A DNA stretch of 64,000 nucleotides from the NCBI GenBank assembly GCA_964106645.2, contig OZ067044.1; one strand, written 5' to 3'. The notes below the pieces were generated by a model. It saw only the letters and a list, made by a program, of their open reading frames with translations. It had not been told where the DNA came from and made no database searches. Below, piece after piece: positions 24,985-37,344 of this stretch (the first letter of the stretch is position 1; each line of letters starts with the position of its first letter). The position numbers were made by a program, and so were the translations under genes. Origin of the DNA: Podarcis pityusensis. Lineage: Eukaryota.

Positions 24985-27019
24985 GTCTAGAGTGCAGGGT
25001 AGGGGGAATCAAAGTGCCCATATCCATAGCATTTAAGTTTCCAACCTCAGGTGATGAGTGCAAAGGTATGCTGAGCGCAAATCCGGGTTCTCATTGCAAA
25101 TATCTGCTGGAGTGTTCTCACCTCAAGTCATGTTAATAAATGCAACTACGAGAATTACTGGGGGCTGGGTGGCTTACTCTGTCAGGAGGTCAAATCAGGA
25201 TGACGAACTTGATTAGAGGTCAGGCAGAAGGGGAAGCGGGGTTATTGTTTTGTTTATTATATTACACATTTTTGTGTTGTAATATGCTGTAAACTGCCCT
25301 GGGATCCTAAGATGAAGGGCAATTTATAAATTTAATGTATGTGTGTGTATATGTGTGTGTGTGTTTACATGTTTCAGGTATCTCATGGTAATATGCATGG
25401 CAATAGGTTTTACTTGACTTTAGGTCAAGTGTTACTGTTGACAGTGGTTTCTGTAATCCCAAAAGTGAGAGCCTGGAGATGGGGAGTGCTTGGTAGGAAT
25501 GCTTGTTTGTGTGTTGCTGCTTGCTGTGTATGTTGGCATTTTGCTAGCTTTGTCATGAGTCTCATAGCGAAGCTATGTGGGGGATTATTGCTTAAGGATG
25601 CGACACTGAACTCTGGGATTGGCTGCAGAGTGTGCATAGTTTGACTGAAGGGTGTGCAAGAGGAGTGAAGTTTGGGTATTTCAGTTTATAGTGTTTATGT
25701 GTTTGTTGTGAGTCTGTTGATTATGTAAGGGTGTGTTTGAGTGGAACTGAGTGGGATGCATTTTAGCTGTGGTTAGATTAGGCTGTGTTTCTTTTTGTTT
25801 AAGGGGTGGGAATTTAATTGGCTCATTTAATTGCATGATTGATTGGGCATATGGTAGGTTAGTGTGATTATTTTTATTTTTATTTTGCTTAGTTGCTAAT
25901 TACACTATTTAAAAATGTGGCTGTTTGGGGAAATGTTTTATGCCAATGTTTAAGCTGTTAATTGTGGTGTTTTATGTAATGCAGAATTTCTCTAGAATTT
26001 TTTGTATTTGATCTTTTAAGATAGGCTGTAAACTACTTGGAGATCCCCCTTCTCAAAAATAATATAAGCAGTAATAAATAAAAACAGATAAATTTCTACA
26101 CCCATCCACTGATGAAAGAACAATGAAGAGACAGATTTAATGGGCCTAATATTCATCAGGCCAGTAATTTAATTTCCAGCAGAGAAATTCAAGAGCAGGT
26201 TACTTAGGGTCTTGCATCTTTTGAGGCCTTGGTTTTAGGCATGGTTTCAAATATGTATTGTATGCTGAACTAGCATACCATGGGAGGCTGATTGCCCTTA
26301 GTGTGGTTTGGAAGATATATGGTGGAAATTCCACCTAGCCATTGGGATAGCATCTGGAAAGTAGAGCGGCTATTATCTGCTTCTATCTATATCAGAGAGG
26401 ATATATCAAAAACAATCCACAGATAGTATTATACCCAAGGGAAAGTAACACACAAACTGGGTACCGTGACCCCAGACTGCAGGTCTGGTTGCTATCAATC
26501 TGATACTTTTATTCATCTGTGGTGGGAGTGTCCTTAGGTAGTGAGAATTTGGGATGGAGGTACTCATGAAGATCAACCCTATAATGGATAAATCAGAGAT
26601 ACTCACTTGTAGCAAATTGGCAGGAGGCATTCTAATGGGTGAAAACCAACCAAGAAAACATTCTGCTTTACCCAACCTCAAGAATGCGTCATTATTTGGG
26701 GAACTGCAAAATTGTAATCTGCACATGTTCTTGCTTTAGGAAGCACATATGGACAGATGATGCATTAGCCAAGGACGAAAGACACCAAATGAGGGAATAG
26801 CAAAACATTCACCACTTTCAATATTGCCTTATCTCCTCTGGACCTTTATGTATTTGAGAGAATGGATTCTAAAGCGATTTACTGTATTTTAGTTTTGTTG
26901 TTTGCATTTAGAGTCTGACTACTCATTCTTATGAACATGAAGAAAATATATAACAATACAAATCAATAGTTACAACTTTTACAGTCTGAATGCCCAGCAA
27001 CTTTTGAACTGAACATTTC

Positions 27020-27398
27020 ATTAAAACACAAAAGATGACATGTTTCTAGGTACATTAAGAAAGTTTAATAAGGCTTCACATAAGTGCATTATCAACTGTT
27101 TGACTTAAGAAAAATACTTCAATAACTTAATTTTCTAAAACATACACCTATGGGTGGCAAATATGAACCTGGTATATGCAGACAAACACTTTCTTTTAAA
27201 ATGGAAAAGCGTGGAAAAGACTGTTAACTTGATCTTGGAAAAATAACTAAATAACTTATACCAATGTAGGAGAGTCTTATCTAGATTATGATTAAAAGGT
27301 AAGGCCTTGGCGTATAAATTGTCCGACTTTTTACTCTGACGTTTCCAACCATCTTGTTATATTTCCTGACGATGTCATCATTCAGTTCAGATTTCCAC
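27020..27398 (-). terminator. Candidate CDKAL1 3' UTR and poly(A) site
   Basis: ATTAAA on the minus strand at 27064-27069, followed about 30-40 nt downstream by a U/GU-rich element (cttttgtgtttt). An alternative AATAAA lies at 26508-26513. Confidence 0.35.
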
Positions 27399-27590
27399 TT
27401 AAACACCTCGATAGTAAAAGGCAATAAGGACTGCCAGAAGAGTCACACTTAGTGACAGCGCCTTCAGTACACCTCCCCCTTGTTGCCAAGGCAACTGCAT
27501 TGCCATCCTGTAGCTCAATGGTCCTTTATGCCTCTCAGCAGATGGACAGGCTTTTGATTCTGAGCTGTTCTCCAGTGCATGTCTGAACTC
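27399..27590 (-). CDS. CDKAL1: CDKAL1 last coding exon with C-terminal transmembrane (tail) anchor and TAA stop
   Basis: Acceptor ttctccacag| followed by EFRHALENSS...VLKALSLSVTLLAVLIAFYYRGV*. The hydrophobic C-terminal helix and 192-bp coding length fit the human last exon (DFRNGLG...FFVKVYN). Confidence 0.92.
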   Translation of the reverse strand, partial: EFRHALENSSESKACPSAERHKGPLSYRMAMQLPWQQGGGVLKALSLSVTLLAVLIAFYYRGV

Positions 27591-28759
27591 CTGTGGAGAA
27601 ATGCAGAAATTAAATTGAGAAAGATGCAAAGAACATTTGGCACATATCAAGTACAAAGGAAAATTCCCTTCAACTTTCAACAAGACAATCTCTCTTGTAG
27701 CTTAGAATAAATTAAAGAATATAGTACAATTGTATAAAACAAAGAGCTGAGGCCGTTGCAACATGGAATTGGCCTTTTCAATGAAATTAACTGCCAAAGC
27801 AATAAAGCTGTTAACATCACTGTAGACTAAAATCCTATTTTACAATATAACTCATGCCAATTCATTTGAGATCTGTATTTTCCCTTTAGTATTTCTGTTT
27901 CCTTAAAAGGCAAATCTGCAGTCAGTGATAAAGTGGACCAGCAGCACTGTCGTCTTTCCCACTGTACAGCACCACTAAGTCTGATAATTGTTTCTGTCCC
28001 ACAGTATGCCAGCTCAGCAGTCTTCTAACATCCTCTGCAGTTCTTTCCCCATCTCTCTCAGGAGGTGCCTGCACTAAAACATCCATCTTATTGATCATAC
28101 TCCGAGCTACTTTTCCACACAGGGGGAAAAAAGCATATGTGATTGGCATGTGCATCTATTTCACTGCACACACTCTGGAAGATTATGGCCAACTATAGCT
28201 TCCCAGCACCTGAAATATGCACTATTTCATTGTTTTCTATTATAGATATCATTTGGGAGGAATATCCAGGTGTGCTTGCAACCTCTTTTGCTGCTAAGGA
28301 TACAAACCTGATGGAAACATCAGGTATATACTCCTGTTGTTCTTCTATTGGTGTATTAACAGTAAATCCATCACTGCCCAATCTGACTTACTCCAGCAGT
28401 CCTCTGGTTCTTATTGACGTGGTGTGACTATAAATACTTATCAGTCAGGTCTCTGTCTTTGTCTCCTTGCCCATCAGCCTCCCCTCTCTGTGTACATTGG
28501 TGCCTGCTGGTCCTCATTTCCCTACCTTGCCTATATAATTTTCCTCCCCATCACTGCCCTACATTATTTAGCAATCCTCCTTCAGATGGATTCCTGGCCT
28601 GTGATCAACCTTGTCTTTGGAATGGTCATCTTATGCTACAAGTGCATAAACCTGCTTCCAATATCTCATCTAGACCTTTCCAGGAGATTCCTCCTGGATC
28701 TTCAGTTCAGAGCTAGCCTTTGATCCCACAGGGACTCTCAGTACCTTGATTACTTTAGC

Positions 28760-29198
28760 TGTCAGGCACCCATCCCAAAATACACTGATATCATCTTTAT
28801 TTACCAGTACGTGTTGCTATCTTTATTCTGGCTAATAGCAGTATAGCCTTGGCAGCAGGCACAAGGTTTAGTAGTCAAGACTACAAGGTACATGAGCAAG
28901 GTAAGAGGTTCATAAGCAAATGGAAGATGTCCCAATGGTTGACACAGCCCTCCCACCAAGCTTTTAAAGATGAGGCAGCTTGCCCTGTGTGCCTGCTATG
29001 TGCGCACTGTCTGATTCCACTTATGAAGGCAGCGCCTGGTTCTTGATGATAAAACAGTGACCTGCCTCTTTGCTTCCAGCTCTGCCACCACCTCTTCCTC
29101 CTTCAGACCCTCCTGGCTGGTTGTACTCCTCCTCCCTCCCCGATGAGGCTCTGTGTTCCACCAGAGGGGCATGCCAGCAGCTCTGCTTCTCCCTGACA
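28760..29198 (-). mobile_element. Solo LTR inserted in an old L2 3' end, sense to CDKAL1
   Basis: 7-bp terminal inverted repeat tgtcagg...cctgaca. On the minus strand a purine-rich 5' part, TATA-like tttaaaa and two AATAAA (28822-28827, 28796-28801). TSD not evident. Confidence 0.6.
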
Positions 29199-29339
29199 TC
29201 TAAGCTCATAAGGAAAGGGCCCCTCTCCATCCCTGGGTGCCAGCCTTCCAGCACCCTGGCCCACAGATTCCTTTTTAAACATTTAAGGTAGCAATGACTT
29301 ATGGTGCATGAATGAACTACAGGTGTTAGAAACTTGTGG

Positions 29340-30800
29340 AACGTGAGGTTATTATGCAGAAAGGTGTTAAAGCCATGGGAATAAAAGAATACTAAACTGT
29401 ATCCACTATTTGGAAGGTAGTACTAGACTTCCATCATAAAATATTACATAAATAGATGGCTATTTCCATGTAGTGACAGACAGAGTAATTAAAATCAATT
29501 GCCTAATGAATCTGAAAAATTAATAACTGGCTACAGCTATTCGTTTCTGGAGTCAAAGCTAATTAACCTTTATATGGAGAAATAAACTGGAAACCACAGA
29601 GTACCAATTATTAAACATTTCACTAATTTGCAACAAAAGCTACCTCATAATAGACTTCATTTTGTAGACTGATTAAACTTGGAAGAAAAGCTTGCACAGA
29701 GGAATCTAATTATTTCCTTGGATGCCTATTAGTTTCCTTTATCCCATTATCAATTTACAGTATACCCTATATTCAGTGAATATGTTTTACTTTCTAAGTG
29801 ATAAATTTTTACATTTATAAATTGTGCTTAGACAAATGCCTAATTTGATCAATGTTACCTAAACTAGAATAGGAGTATCTGCATGACCAAAGAAAGCCTA
29901 ATAAGTGAATAGGGTTTGCTGCAGGGCCAATCTTTCTTTCTGAGTTTCAGCCAAGGCCAAGAGTTCCAGTGTGAAGAATGCTCCATTTTAGTCTTTAATT
30001 TGGTAAGCTAACAACATCCAAGACTCTTGACAGAGGTTTTTATGATATGGTTTACTTGCTGGGAAAATGTCCAAGGCATCATTGATTGGATTAAAAATCC
30101 AAATTTATTGATATGTCTGTTTGAAAAAGCTTTATTAAGACATTATCCACAAGCATTATTATTGGTCAACAGTAGTTTATGCTCCAGGGGTACAAAGAAA
30201 AAGGCACTTTAATCTTATATAGATCTGGGATAAATGCTAAGTAAGAACAAGTCCTGCCCCAAATCCCTACTAGCTTCTGTAGTTGATGATTAATTAGAAT
30301 TTATGTGGGAAAACATGGGGCATGAAGGGGTAATTGTGTATTCAGATGAAATGATGACAATACAATTTAAGTTTTCTTTAAAAATCAACTTTGGGTAAAA
30401 GGTTCTCTGCTTAGTTTGAGTTTTTTTCCAAATTAGATCCATCTAAATTACTTTTTGAGATCAAATATCCAATTAAGAGTTTTAATAGGATGGGAGAAGG
30501 AATAATAAACAAAGCTTGTGAAGAATCTATAAAATCTTGCAGAAATAAAAATATAAATTTGAAAAAGGTGTAAGGAATACAGTGAATTGTACTCTGGGCA
30601 TCAAAGAGATATCTATTCAAATATGGGAACATTTTTCAATAACTGCCAAACCTTTCTCCTAAATATGGACACTTGAGGAAAATTACTACAAGTTGCTTAT
30701 CGGAGTTTATTGTTGCTTTCCTGATAAGCAAGACAAAAATGTTCTCGAATTCCTAACTGTGAAAAGTGATATTTATCATTTGTGATAGACTTGTTCTTGG
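29340..30800 (+). mobile_element. Highly degraded L1-clade LINE ORF2 (C-terminal half)
   Basis: Fragments read SGVKAN, IIDWIKNPNLLICLFEKALL, ISIQIWE...LEENYYKLL and DIYHL**TC, resembling squamate L1 ORF2 motifs in the expected order. Very A-rich on the plus strand. Confidence 0.55.
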
Positions 30801-31939
30801 ACCACCAGGATCAAAGAAGCACTGTATGGAAAACGATACATATTATAATGGAAAAGATATAGGGATGCACTGAACACTGGATTCACTGTTGCTTCTTCTT
30901 ACCTATAGGAATTGATATATGATAATAATAGTAAGAATGGTTTTTGTAGAACACTGGAAACAAAAATTTACAAACACAAATAGGCTAGATAAAATGTAGG
31001 AACATGCAAAAATAATCAAATATGCAACAATGTAGATCTAAGAGAATTAGAGCAAATCATGAAACTATTTGTTTTCTCTACTACAGGAATCACATAGTAA
31101 ATACCATTAGTATACTGTCAGGCCCAATATTTAGCAAATATTTAAAACCACTCAGAGAATGAGTTCAGTGTCATGTCTTGAAGTCATGTTAAATCCAACA
31201 TTTGCAGCTTGAAATTAACTGTGTCTTGAGAAGCCTCATTACTAATGGGGATTCCTCCCCCAGCCCCAAACATCATAAATTTACATGAAATCCCTTAAAT
31301 GCCACAAGGCGCCACCCATAATGACAGAATTTTAATAATTAATCCTTTCCTTTTTTGACAATGCAGCATGAAATATGTACGTTTTTGCATGAAAGAAGTG
31401 AAAACTGAGAGCAGCCATCCCAGTTCACTTTAATGGGCACTTTGTTCAAATAGAACAAGAGAAAGGAGAAGCAAAGAACATATATTGCGGGGAAATGGAA
31501 CTCTTAATCAAACCTCAGTTATAGATTATATTTTATGAAATCTCCAAAGTCAGGTGTAAAAATTACTATCAACAAGGCAAACATATTAACTGTTCTGGAA
31601 GTAGCCTTTCAACTTGTTTTGGCTGTGACAGCAGCAGAAACAAAAGGTTTTACTAATAAGGTATAATATAAATTATTAACACTTCCAGTGTATGATCAAA
31701 TGCATTTCAGAGTATTTGCTGAATAATTCTGACCTGATGTGTGCCAGTAATAATATGTATTTGCGCACTCTTATTCAGTCTCACTCATTTCCCGCTTTCT
31801 GATGCACCTGCAACTTACAAAATAAATCTAATAATTATAGTGCAGGTTTGCATGAGATCTTACTCATGTACACCAAGACTGACATTACAGATTGGAAGGA
31901 GTATATATGTAAAACACAGCTTCCCTTATTCTAAAATAA

Positions 31940-32230
31940 ACAAATCACCTCTTGACCCATCTGCTCTCGCCAATTATTGTGCAATTTCCTTTCTCCCCAA
32001 ACCCACTGAGCATACTGCTTACTCCTCAACTTTCTCTCCTTCAAGCCTGATTTTGGTCCCCCTCCTTCTAACCTCAGCACTCCACTAAAACTGCCCTCAC
32101 CAAAACTATCCTGCTAAATCCAAAAAGTCTCTATTCAAGTCCTTATCCTCCTTGGCTTCTCTGCCTGCTTTTGATACATTTGAAAACTCCTTCCACGATT
32201 ACCGTTTCCTCTGTAGGTCTTGAAGATTCT
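31940..32230 (+). mobile_element. L2 reverse-transcriptase fragment
   Basis: KSPLDPSALANYCAISFLP, HSTKTALTK and LILL...AFDT motifs with frameshifts. Confidence 0.7.
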
Positions 32231-33951
32231 GTTCTCATAGAATCTATCAAATCACACGTTCCATGTTTATACAGGGACACTTTCACTCTTCTTTCCCTTT
32301 CCCCACTGGTCACCTTTTTGTTACACAGGAACAGATCTGTTCAGTACGTAGGAACATTAGTAGCTTATGGAATCATGTGCATCCTTCACATGCTAGTGCC
32401 AGTGGTCCTGGTGGCTGACATGGGATTTGATCAATCACCAAGTGTAAGTCTATCAACAGACCACTTTAGTATTCCCTGAGTTCACCATGAATACAAAGTT
32501 GTTTATATAAACATTTCATGGCTCCATTGTCTTCTCACACACCAAAGTAGTGTAGGTGCTTTCTGTGCCGGCTGGCATGCATCTAAACACCAGAGGGAGT
32601 GACTGAAGACTCTTTTTTTAATTTCATGCTCAGTCAAGTTTAAGAGTCATTAACAAACCTCTCTCCCTGGAAATGTTAAGTTCTGGGAACTTTGTTTGAT
32701 TTACCTAATTAGCAGTGGGATAACCTCACATAAATGTTCCTAATGCATGCAGGAAAGAGCCTCTGCTCTCTGAAAGTTGCTGCTAGGGTGTTGGGTGGGT
32801 TTTTTGGCATGTTTCCAAATTAATAATACTGTTCTTTTCCAAACACATTCTATCAGGAAGGTTAAATTTATACCATATATGCTTCTAGAGAAGTTACTTT
32901 GATTCTTGAGTAAGTTCTGTGGTCTCAAAAGGGAAATAGTTGCTCAATGGCGCAGCTCAAATTTATTCTACCAGTTTTAGTGGATGCTGTGTAGCAGAGT
33001 GTCATCTATTAATGCCAGGCATACATCACCAAGGTTTGGACTCAAGCCCCTCAATTCAGGATCATAACAGTAAGGTTCCTAGGCAAAGTTTGAGCCAGGA
33101 TTTTTAGTTGTACTGTGTGTGTGCTAGAGTCACTATCAAATTGCTAAAGGAGAAGAATGTTGAGACAACACAGTAACTGACAGTGATGTGTCACACAGTT
33201 TATTATGAAGCAATGAGGCACACTTCAGATACTGCCACCAGCCAGAGGGAGCCTCTTAGGGCCACTGGGAGTTTGTACCCCATGGCAAGAGCGAGAACCA
33301 CGTACACTGGCAAGAAAAGGAGTTGTTGTTCCAAGGTTCCTTCGGCCCTCTTCACATGTCATGGTAAATAATAATTAAGGTTTGTTTTTGGCTTACTGAT
33401 GGTGGTTCATGATATCTGGTTCAGTAATAACATGAAGAGAGAGATTGTGGTTTGTTTCTCTCACCTGCTAAGCAGGCAGGTACAAAATGGCCCAGATCAG
33501 GATGTTCATGGCCAAAAATTATCTATGTGCAAACTTGGCCCTTGTGAGCCTGCGGGCAGGGACTGTTTTATCTTTGAATATCTATACAATGCTTAAAAAA
33601 TGCTAGGCACTTTATGAGCCCTGATCAACAACTTATTGATATTATAAGGGCTTGCACAAGATGTAGAGTTGAGGCCACAGCCTACGCTTATTACTGCCTT
33701 CTAAAAACATCCCAGCTGCTTGACTTGCCTGCCACCCTCTTCTCCAGTCCAATCGTTTGGTGGCTCCAACTCATTTATTTGTATGGCAGTATTTCTGAGA
33801 TTTACACTTTAAAATCCAGAGCGTGGGGAGGACTGGTAGGAGATCTGCTTACAAAAGTCTGTATTCATGAGTAGAGAATAGAGTACTAGAAACTGGGTGA
33901 TCCAATTAAGTTGACTACTAGTAGATTCAGTACAAATAATCTGATGTTAGG

Positions 33952-34232
33952 TGTCAGGGGTTCAGGGACAGAGGCACAGGGTAGGCAGGAGATGGAGAGC
34001 GATGGGGATGAATCCCAGGACAGCGAGGAAGAGGAGGACAATGACTCAAGAGATTCCATGAGTCTTTCCAGCGAATCAGAGGATTCCCAGAAGGGGGCGC
34101 CGGTGGTCAAGGCCAGGGGAGCCCCAGGGGGGACGTGTCAGGAGCAGGGGGCCAGCGGGGGATCCCAAAGTGGCAGCTGGGCGTCAGGACCAGCCTCCCC
34201 GCCAGAGTGCAGCGAAGGGGGTGGAGGTTCCA
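33952..34232 (+). mobile_element. Truncated, CpG-retaining LTR-like fragment
   Basis: Starts tgtcagggg like the 28760-29198 LTR. A sharp GC-rich island in AT-rich intron that ends abruptly. Confidence 0.55.
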
Positions 34233-37200
34233 TAACTCTTTGCAAATATTTTAAATTGTGCAAAACCCAGAATATTTCAAATATGTATGTCTTATTCTGG
34301 TATGACTCCCACCTTCCCTGCAAAACAGAATTTCCCTCTGAACATTTAAATACCCAACATCTTGAAGCATAAAGCCACTCAGATGTGAAAAACTGCATTT
34401 CCCATTTCTCCAAGCCACACTTACTGGAGGGGAAAGAGCTCACAGTAATATGGCTTATCAATATGTAGCAGTCAACCAGCCAGAGGTGTGGCATAATTTA
34501 TCTTTGCAAGAATGCTTTTTAATCCTCATGCATCACTAAAAGTAGCAAAAGTAATTCCTCTCTCTCTGCAGGTTAGTTACATTAAATCATTTTAAAACGT
34601 TTATGCTGAAAACAATCTGCGTGTATCATAAATGTATGATCTCAAAAGTCCTAGGCAATATAATTTCTTGCAAAATAAGAGAATCCGAATCCACGTGAGC
34701 CTCTTGGGTTGCTTCCACAAGCTTAGCAGGCAGTGCTTTCTGCCTATTTCAGTTTCTTTTGTGAAATTCCAAGTAGTTCCATTGAAATGCGTTAATGCCA
34801 AAACCATCTATCAGGAGTCCAAAGAAAGAAATTGTGGACAACATAGGAGATACTTGAAAATGACAACCATATGAGATATGCCTGGAGGAGAAAGGAACAC
34901 AAACTTACAGTACAACCACCTCATGACCTTGGCTGGTTCAGGTTTTCAGATGCTATTTTTGGCTGTTAACTCTCTCAGACTCTGAAGGCACCACAACAGT
35001 AGCTTTATATACTAAAATGATCTCTGATGAAATAGGAGCATGGTTTCTTCCTCCTAGGGAATTCTGGGCTATTAATCTATGCTAACAGTGTTCTCAGCTT
35101 CTTTGTTTATGTGCAGACATGCATGTTAAACAGTTCTGGTAGGAAAGAAGCTTCCAACAAGATAAGCAAAATTTCTAATGCTTATCACACATAATAGCCT
35201 TGGAAAGAATGGGCAATATGTTGTTCCTATAAAGAGACCTTCTGAGTAAAATGATATTGTTCTCTGATGTACTTTCGTTCTTTAGCAGCTATTTCTAGAC
35301 TAAAATTAATGTGAATACTCTACAAGGCAGTTTCCTATCTTAAATAACTGTTTCTTTAAAACAATTTGCAGTCAAGTACACAAAAAACCTTATAGCTGGC
35401 AAGCAGGACTCTTGTCTGAGCCATTCACACAACGCAGCCTAATGCAGCCTCCACTGTAGTGAAAGCTGCATTGGCTTCAGGGCCCCCTCTTACATGCACC
35501 CAGAAGACGTAGAACACACAAACAGAGAACTGGGTTATGCTGCTCTTGATGATCTTGGTTACTCTGTGGAAACAGCAGCACTGTTGGGGGGGGGGGCCCT
35601 CTGCTGGTCTTGGGGTCCAGGCAAATGCCCACTCTGGCCACCCTCTGGAGCTATCCCTGAGGGGAAGTGTTTATTTTACAAAAAATAAATAAATGCAGTT
35701 ACACAGAGAAAATTTCCTGCTAATGTAACTCAGAGAGCATGCAAAGAACTGTATGTGGTCAGGATACTTGCAGAGGAAAATGCTGAGATAGTCATGTCAA
35801 AGCTGAACCCGCCAAATATACAGTTTATCAGGGATTGCTTAGAGGAAACAACAACAGTGCTCTAGTCCAAAGATTGCCATAATGCAAGAAGCAGTAATGG
35901 TAGCAGATTTCAGAACTCAGGCTCAAATATACTTTATTCCCCAAACCCAACATAAGCATAGTCAATATATCAATGTTGTGTATATAAAGGAAATTAGGCC
36001 ACATAAGTTCCTATCCCCTTTTGAAACAATAGGCAATACAAACATTGTGTATATTAGTTATGAGAGTAAATTAAAAGTTAATTGTTCATTCATTGAGTTG
36101 ATTATCTTCGCAGTGGTAAAAACCATATTAAATATCTAAACTATTACCGGCATGTGAGCTATTCTTAGCTTCCAATAGTACATGGAACACAGAATGTACA
36201 ATTGGATTCTCTAAAATATTGCAAAAATACCCCCTGCCAGGAACTCAATCAAAGATCTTAGGTGTGAAAAATTACGAGATGAGAAAGGAATGCCCGAACT
36301 GGCTTTTCACAAATGGGTCACTGATCTGTCGGACATCAGATCTACTTTCAACACTTTTTTCTTTACTACTTCTTACCTTTACACATGCAGCTTTCATTTG
36401 CTTTTTTTATTATTAAAGTCCGCAAATTTAAAACTGCTTTAAACTTTTGTGCTTTAGAGAATAAAGGTTCAGAGGAAAGAGTGTTAATAGATGTTTTAAG
36501 GGTCAAACCTTCTGTGCTACATATACATATAATTAAGAACATCTGAATCATCTGAATCTTCTTCTGATCTTTAGCCCGGTAATGGAAAAAACGCTCTCAC
36601 ACAATTTATTTAAAACCCAGTTTCTTCTCAAAAGATTAAGGGTGGGGAGGGGCAAGGGAAGGGTGGGTATGCCTTAATGTTCAAATGAAGTTGTTACTAG
36701 GATCAAAGCTTCATCTGACTGAAAACCAGGTTGAAAACATGTGAGCCACAGGTTCCACTGCATTTGAAATGAGTATTTGGGGTTGCAAAGGAAATACAAA
36801 AGGAGGAAAAGTAGTCACCTCACCATAATTTGGACTCCAACTAGGAAGAAAGATAGTGCCATTTATAATGAACAGCACTATATCATGTTTTGGGTGAGTG
36901 AAATTCTTTTCCTGGGGATCATCCTTACTCTCAAGAGAAGCCTAAATGGAAAACTGTTGATGACTATTTGACACAATTGGCTGGAAACAACTGACCCTGA
37001 CATTAAATAAAAATAATGATGAAAAAGAGTAACTATGTTTCAGTTCTTTCTGCTGTGCAACCTGGGAGAAATGTATGAAATGTTGACCTTATTCCTTTTG
37101 ATATTATTGGCAGTTAACCATCTAACATTTCTAAACTTCAGTTCTAACCAGCAAAATCTCATTTTTGAGTGAAACACTTGATACTCTTGAATCAAAACAG

Positions 37201-37344
37201 ACAAAATTCACTTAAACTCTGTGGCTAATACATCTATACTGTGGATAGTCTTTTGTTTCCTTAACCATCCTAGAGGACATTGTTTTAGTCACTCTCAGGT
37301 TAAGTAAAGCATTTCATTGTCGGGAGAATGAAAGGAAGCTGCCC

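Noticed and set aside
25335-25990. Possible NUMT suggested by G+T strand skew
   Set aside because: No mitochondrial rRNA, tRNA or protein motif was recognisable.
27335-27385. Box C-like ATGATGA just after the CDKAL1 stop codon (possible C/D snoRNA or SECIS)
   Set aside because: No properly placed box D (CTGA) or terminal stem on that strand, the location is exonic, and the stop is TAA.
27922-28427. Adjacent ORFs with protein-like composition in the last CDKAL1 intron
   Set aside because: No family motif recognised, frames are broken and there are no convincing splice sites. A BLASTX search would settle it.
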